This document shows positions 27,301-30,220 of a stretch of DNA of 30,220 nucleotides, one piece after another (the first letter of the stretch is position 1; every line of letters starts with the position of its first letter). Position numbers and translations under genes: made by a program. The stretch is from a virus (lineage: Duplodnaviria; Caudoviricetes): positions 1 through 30,220 of IMG/VR virus record IMGVR_UViG_3300017988_000514. One strand, 5' to 3'. Below the pieces are notes generated by a model. The model saw only the letters and a program-made list of their open reading frames with translations, ran no database searches and was not told the DNA's origin.

Positions 27301-27449
27301 CCCGCAGCGGTCAATCCAGTTACAGTTAAAGTACCTATGGTGTCTGATCCCAGCGATACAACGCGAACAGACAGACCACTGCTGCTTTGTGCCAGAGGCA
27401 TAACTGAGTTGACATTTGAATTGATATTTGCTGTTAGCGTGAGGCTCAT
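21375..27449 (-). CDS. Very large Ig-like (He_PIG-type) repeat protein, probable tail/virion fibre (2024 aa)
   Basis: Repeats such as ATGGNPNYSWYAEGLPPGLRINVDGTISGTPT and GGLAPYTWAIVAGITPIGLTIDPNSGVLGGVP; Ser/Thr/Gly-rich beta composition. Confidence 0.85.
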   Translation of the reverse strand: MSLTLTANINSNVNSVMPLAQSSSGLSVRVVSLGSDTIGTLTVTGLTAAGVWTLSGTAPAWITITPSGISNSICTITFSGAQYQQDPYEFFVSCTDGVSVVNFPIFMEVKTPFYVAANASNPVVNGTTLLIPSYDAAVADVLIQGFGLYGTTQSNCNFIIPIGLPSGLEFVTSNEDQLVLRVTPAHFGNTPFSTTDLVGGLQLLPNYNSSPVAVPLTILAYQPGSFYDTPQRAFTLTLSISSQSQQAGTLDFAMGAYYDTGSSLLHADAQIDNLLGTLQSQGTPIALPLTYHWSTTGPLTLNSGGGITTNKSATYSITSTGTAQINLQVFDGNGLPVSGGLTSISSWAVAQSGTSWLSTNAIKIGVAGTSAHDYALGQAGGTATFNLYSPDGFNIAETITFTVNAVGASSLESTATLTNTGLSINTGTPTTPVTLHFPSNAVIGQKWIITIAATTGSRTGYAQVLCECTGLPQLTVNGVTSTINSSTGTNITPIQLTATDPLSNPVSAATFELIGGTVFGSGVLGAPDGLYINGQNQIVGNALTPGTYKFVVAASATGYTTGYSVVITMTVAQVAIPLQITSPISSVSSVPDNTTFIISWGTSGNPTILYLEEIPATTPVRIVTGTGSAQVQQVGDTVYSVYGQSYYGPAYSIPLVVVSSSILAASNLLPSPTIAVVDETYNLTTNWQPYPVNGVYTAYRGWNITLQTPPGSGTPITIFNDGLENGGTASARVFEETLSAGDYSMNMVAQSSDYTIALNSNPWDFSHTFPTTLLAANVTFDNTNLLLGQTLNITLNASYVDSDSWQVIFPDNTSTGWLPLNTRTVAKVFTSPGAQNIIIQTQNDFGTANPPVKLRRQLTQQIFVIDQQYNPAAAAQGALTGTLGIGGESGFEITGTTSTTVAPQPYEVVVRAIARDTVTNELKLMVATSRFANASSLLSTMAMDVFPIAGRPHAKELITPIYLLETNSATSSSPVTITTTALPSNSYIGKPMQEFKMQATGGNPNYSWYAEGLPPGLRINVDGTISGTPTQLGSFTTTFAVMDSSSPAYIAETTLSFIIPTDLLITTSSLPPAVVGLPYENYSNPSSPQPIVIVNTGGLAPYTWAIVAGITPIGLTIDPNSGVLGGVPCTYNSTTDFSTTFTFTVQVTDAVGAKASRNYSITLSPASLSFGVLNQPTIVTDEQFKLVVPVFGGRSPYVLNGLIDNGIIGTGLAIASPSQISVVGGVTPSSLTIENTDEIVYPASYPSNIAITLTATGGVPSDASGLDSDELYKFYVNPTAGNTLPGAVCYGPLLVATPTANGTFKVTISCVDSVGHITSKLLNITCQQQGSGQYTLAPYTLNTNGHPTTPSLWTMTPLASGFPDPVAGVTYTPGANQFYCMVLMNNGTIQLSNIPNPPVTATIINGVLPAGMTFTSGNSWYSTTGADCVILLQGTPTTNGGASFELQLSGISSTSASTAQRFSLKVGGGGTGSPVVAITFTDALNLDLNTLTANSIGTYGWAYPLLTEGGTAPYTPSIQSGTSLPGYANVPISNLPGFSSATTTTGSYNVVVVMTDKNGVASVPTTITVKIAQSTTQPTHILDNTIPAYVYVNRTIPTNTYYVDSDLIANWTATDLPAGITLSSTPGTRVYLQGTPTGVVTSTPTTFTATSVTYGTQASVTVNFAVNAQTATIISPAHVGAQATIGTQYRVVNNNAIVSVQYVGFQPGDASLPLLQNSLGTAYLGSPSTTYNGQPTTGNSNVTADGFIMSYDYRPTGAGVDTLTFNNVAFTDTLTITDVYPTLVATWVPLSSVLVSEYTVTQTLSLPITISGGDAPYTYNITGVSDSRFVPINNGTSSAQLQITVSQFTPSTTPYVCNVTVTVTDSASNTTNVSGTLSVTIQQETSIMVNFAPYTWTINVNASTEPQIGSIIPNQYMSTPQLGHAPYSYFVDSVTIAGGLGSFIQHSPTKRVLAFALNETSTSASIADVDQTLTPSGYYTVTATNEASAPTVSSYSVTVALRVVDSEGYSASSVQTLNVNIVSH

Positions 27450-27460
27450 TGTTTATCCAT

Positions 27461-30220
27461 TTACGAAAGTATAGTTACTGTGTTAGAAGTTGAGTCGGCT
27501 GTCACACCGCCGAGAAAGGGATTAGTTGCCACTGTCCTAGCCAAAACAGAGTTCGCTGAGAGAGAAGCCTTTCCATTAGTCTGGAAATCCGACGTAACAA
27601 CAATATTGGAGTTAAATTCCGCCAAAGCGATGACCGTGGAAGCGATGACATTGGTTTCTGAAACTGTATCTGTTGCATGAGTTTGAAGGTTGATGGTTGA
27701 ATTTCTCTCCCCGGTAAAGAAAGCTCCGGGGGTGGCTCCAGAATCAACAACCAAATTAACACTGGAGGCAGTAATTTCAGAAGAACTTGCCACCATTCCA
27801 ACGCCACCATCAGGAAGGGAGATAGAACCTCCCGAGAGAATTACATTGCACCCTTGTTCAAATGCCCCAGCTTGAAGATTATTCAAAAAGGTACAGCCCA
27901 CAAAATCAATTTCAGAGTCAATACCATAAACAGCCGAATTGGTGAATCCAGTGAATGTTATGTTATTGAAAATGACTCGGGTGTTGTCCACAAAGAATGC
28001 CGAGGTTGGTCCACTTCCAAACCCAGTGAACCCAGTACAATCAATGACAGCAGGAGCAGTTGCCCCCGGTACTGTAGTAATAACCAACCGACCCGCTTCC
28101 TGAATGGTATAGGCAAGGTTGCCTAATGCGTAATACTCTGATGCAATGATAGTTCCATCCCCCAATGCAATTGTTTGAAGAGTACCTTGAAGGGTGCTAA
28201 TGGAGTATGGAGTATTCGTTTGCATAAGTTGAATAGAACAAGGATCACGCAATACAGGGGGGAGAATACCCAAAGCTGCTGTAATAGTTAATTTGGGTGT
28301 ATTCGGAGTTAGACCATCATTGCTATCATTCCCACTGGCATTGTTGACATATAGGATAATTGGGGCTGTAGTAGATTGTAGGTTTTGACCAAGCACTGTT
28401 CGTGGAGTCGGGGTATCAATAGCGTAACCAACGTGAGGAGTGGCCTGAGAAAATCCGCGCCCCCCTGTTGCGGCTGTAATGAATTGAAGCTCCTTGCGAA
28501 AACCCTTATTCATAGGTGGAATGAAATCATTTGTGTGAAGGGGGACTTCAAACGTATGCTCCACATTACTCTGACGCATTGCTACATAGTTTGAGTCAAA
28601 CAAAGAAGCCAAGGGAGCATTTGTCAAAGTGGCGTCTGGCCAATTCACCAAAGCGGGAAGGGTTGTAGAGATTGGAACCTCCCGATTGTAGGGGTACACA
28701 TCTTCCAAACCAACAATAGGAGCCGCACCCGAGCCATTAGTAGTTACCAAGGCAGTTTCATCATTGTGCAGAACTTCATAGTTACGGTTCAAGACACCTT
28801 CTCCTTGATAAGGAATGTACCGCTCTATGATTGTCAAAGAAGAACTTGGACTCAGGCCGGGGAGGATGGAACCGCAGAACAGAAAAGTTGAGGATGCATA
28901 ATTCCCTAGCACTATAACTGTCACCGTACCATTGTTGAAATTGACCGTGGAGCATTGTACTGCGTTCAAATTTCCAAGTTGATCGAGAACCCAAACATAA
29001 CGGGTGACGTCATTACCAGAGATACCTTTAATGATGCAATTGTTAGCTGCCAGTACAAAAGTAGTTAGGTTTGTAGTGCTGCTATACTGGGCAACTTCAA
29101 CTGTTACTCGACTATCCATTGGAAAGTTTATATCGGTGGTGTAGTTGCCAAACAGTACTGTCTCTTCAATTTCAGTAACCCCTTTAACTGGAGCGTTGTA
29201 GACTAACTGGGCAGTATTTTGTGCAAGAAAGGACATAACCAAAGTCTGGGTGCTTAAAATAACCGCTGCGATAGTAACAACACATTGCGTCCCCTTCATC
29301 GAAATAGAGGAAGTGGTTTGATATACCCCTGTTGCCAAATCCCAAATACGGGTTGGATAAAGCCCACTTACTTTACCATTGAGTTGTGACCTGTTGAGAA
29401 TAAAAACAGTGGAGGTTCCTACCACTGTTCCTGTAGACCCTGCTACTTTAACCCAAATCTTGTTACCGAATACAATGTTGGAATATTTGGGGTTAATCGC
29501 CCAAACTTGATATGCATTTGTTGTTAGCTGATTGGTTTGAACTTCGTACTCAGAAATACCATAAACAGGGAGAGTCTTTCCTGAAGTAGTATCTAAAAGA
29601 CTACCGCCATCCACTGCAATAGGAGTAACCCTTAAATCAACCCCAGAGTTGGCTGGATATTGAACTCCAATGGTGCAATAAATATTTTGAGCACCGGGAT
29701 CAAAGGGGGTGCCTCGCAAATTGGAAACCAACGTCACCGTAACCGAGTTGGAACCAAGACCCGCAATCTTAACTTGTCCTGACAATAAGTTGATGGCCGT
29801 TTTTATGTTGTTGGAAACGTTGAAACCCTGTACCGTCGCCGATACAATAGTGGCTGGGGATTGTGTTGGCAAATAAATAGTAAAAGCATCTCCCTGTAGC
29901 CATGGACCTCCCTGAGCACTCGAAGGTGGCCAAAAAGATTTCATATTGGTGGTAATCTTTTTAGTTACATAAAAGACTCGAAGGTCAGAACTAAACCCAT
30001 TTGCAAATCCATCCCATTGAGAAGGAAGCGTATTTGTATTGGGAACAGCCGAGGGGGCGACAGAAATGTAATAATCCAATGCAGAGCCCAGACCTTCAGT
30101 TTTAAGTCCTGCACCATCCCCACGACCCAATGCATATCGGGTGTTGCCTGTGATTAAGTCTACAAAACTTTCTTGCATGGTCTTATCCATATCCCACGCA
30201 TCGAGAGTCACCGTTTGACG
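27461..30220 (-). CDS. Tail fibre/tailspike-like protein with a C-terminal right-handed beta-helix; 5'-partial
   Basis: The frame stays open to the window edge (CGT CAA ACG before the track's GTG at 30211). LYVNNASGNDSNDGLTPNTPKLTITAAL is the typical cap motif of pectin-lyase-like beta-helices, followed by parallel beta-helix-like repeats. Confidence 0.75.
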   Translation of the reverse strand, partial: RQTVTLDAWDMDKTMQESFVDLITGNTRYALGRGDGAGLKTEGLGSALDYYISVAPSAVPNTNTLPSQWDGFANGFSSDLRVFYVTKKITTNMKSFWPPSSAQGGPWLQGDAFTIYLPTQSPATIVSATVQGFNVSNNIKTAINLLSGQVKIAGLGSNSVTVTLVSNLRGTPFDPGAQNIYCTIGVQYPANSGVDLRVTPIAVDGGSLLDTTSGKTLPVYGISEYEVQTNQLTTNAYQVWAINPKYSNIVFGNKIWVKVAGSTGTVVGTSTVFILNRSQLNGKVSGLYPTRIWDLATGVYQTTSSISMKGTQCVVTIAAVILSTQTLVMSFLAQNTAQLVYNAPVKGVTEIEETVLFGNYTTDINFPMDSRVTVEVAQYSSTTNLTTFVLAANNCIIKGISGNDVTRYVWVLDQLGNLNAVQCSTVNFNNGTVTVIVLGNYASSTFLFCGSILPGLSPSSSLTIIERYIPYQGEGVLNRNYEVLHNDETALVTTNGSGAAPIVGLEDVYPYNREVPISTTLPALVNWPDATLTNAPLASLFDSNYVAMRQSNVEHTFEVPLHTNDFIPPMNKGFRKELQFITAATGGRGFSQATPHVGYAIDTPTPRTVLGQNLQSTTAPIILYVNNASGNDSNDGLTPNTPKLTITAALGILPPVLRDPCSIQLMQTNTPYSISTLQGTLQTIALGDGTIIASEYYALGNLAYTIQEAGRLVITTVPGATAPAVIDCTGFTGFGSGPTSAFFVDNTRVIFNNITFTGFTNSAVYGIDSEIDFVGCTFLNNLQAGAFEQGCNVILSGGSISLPDGGVGMVASSSEITASSVNLVVDSGATPGAFFTGERNSTINLQTHATDTVSETNVIASTVIALAEFNSNIVVTSDFQTNGKASLSANSVLARTVATNPFLGGVTADSTSNTVTILS

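Larger units (their letters stand above)
1..30220. mobile_element. Segment of a large myovirus-like (probably jumbo) phage genome: virion structural region
   Basis: Tightly packed co-directional genes with baseplate J-, gpI- and gp25-like proteins and very large tail-fibre/Ig-repeat proteins. There are no housekeeping genes. Ends and integration state are not visible. Confidence 0.9.

Noticed and set aside
335-28994. The many 60-130 aa ORFs antisense to, or in alternative frames of, the long genes
   Set aside because: They are nested in or almost wholly overlap well-supported CDSs and have no recognisable motifs; treated as shadow ORFs.
1-30220. cas genes, integrase or transposase, tRNA, or stop-codon reassignment
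   Set aside because: No HEPN, RuvC, Cas1 or recombinase motifs and no cloverleaf were recognised. Long ORFs tile the window in the standard code.

Overview
This window is part of a large (probably jumbo) contractile-tailed phage genome. Almost all genes lie on the minus strand. From right to left they encode a beta-helix tail fibre (partial), two very large Ig-like (He_PIG-type) repeat proteins, a PA14 plus C-terminal Hint-domain protein, gp25-like, baseplate-J-like and gpI-like baseplate proteins, a Nudix-containing modular protein, a tail-collar-like protein, Dps, a holin-like membrane protein and a 495-codon partial ORF missing from the ORF track. A roughly 1.2 kb plus-strand island (about 5846-7046) interrupts this block. 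It contains two hairpins and four 9-bp repeats, a sigma70-type promoter, a 172-aa ORF (Tat-like N-terminus followed by what looks like a major-capsid-protein fragment), a second near-identical promoter, and a Cas-less CRISPR mini-array of four 36-nt repeats and three 29-30-nt spacers. The repeat resembles type VI-B (Cas13b family) repeats, the leader can fold back onto repeat 1, and all three spacers read as antisense to protein-coding sequence. A 20-21 nt motif (ACT-N4-AWT-N-CTT-N3/4-TAR) precedes four minus-strand genes and is a candidate phage late promoter. All family calls come from motif recognition by eye; no searches were run.
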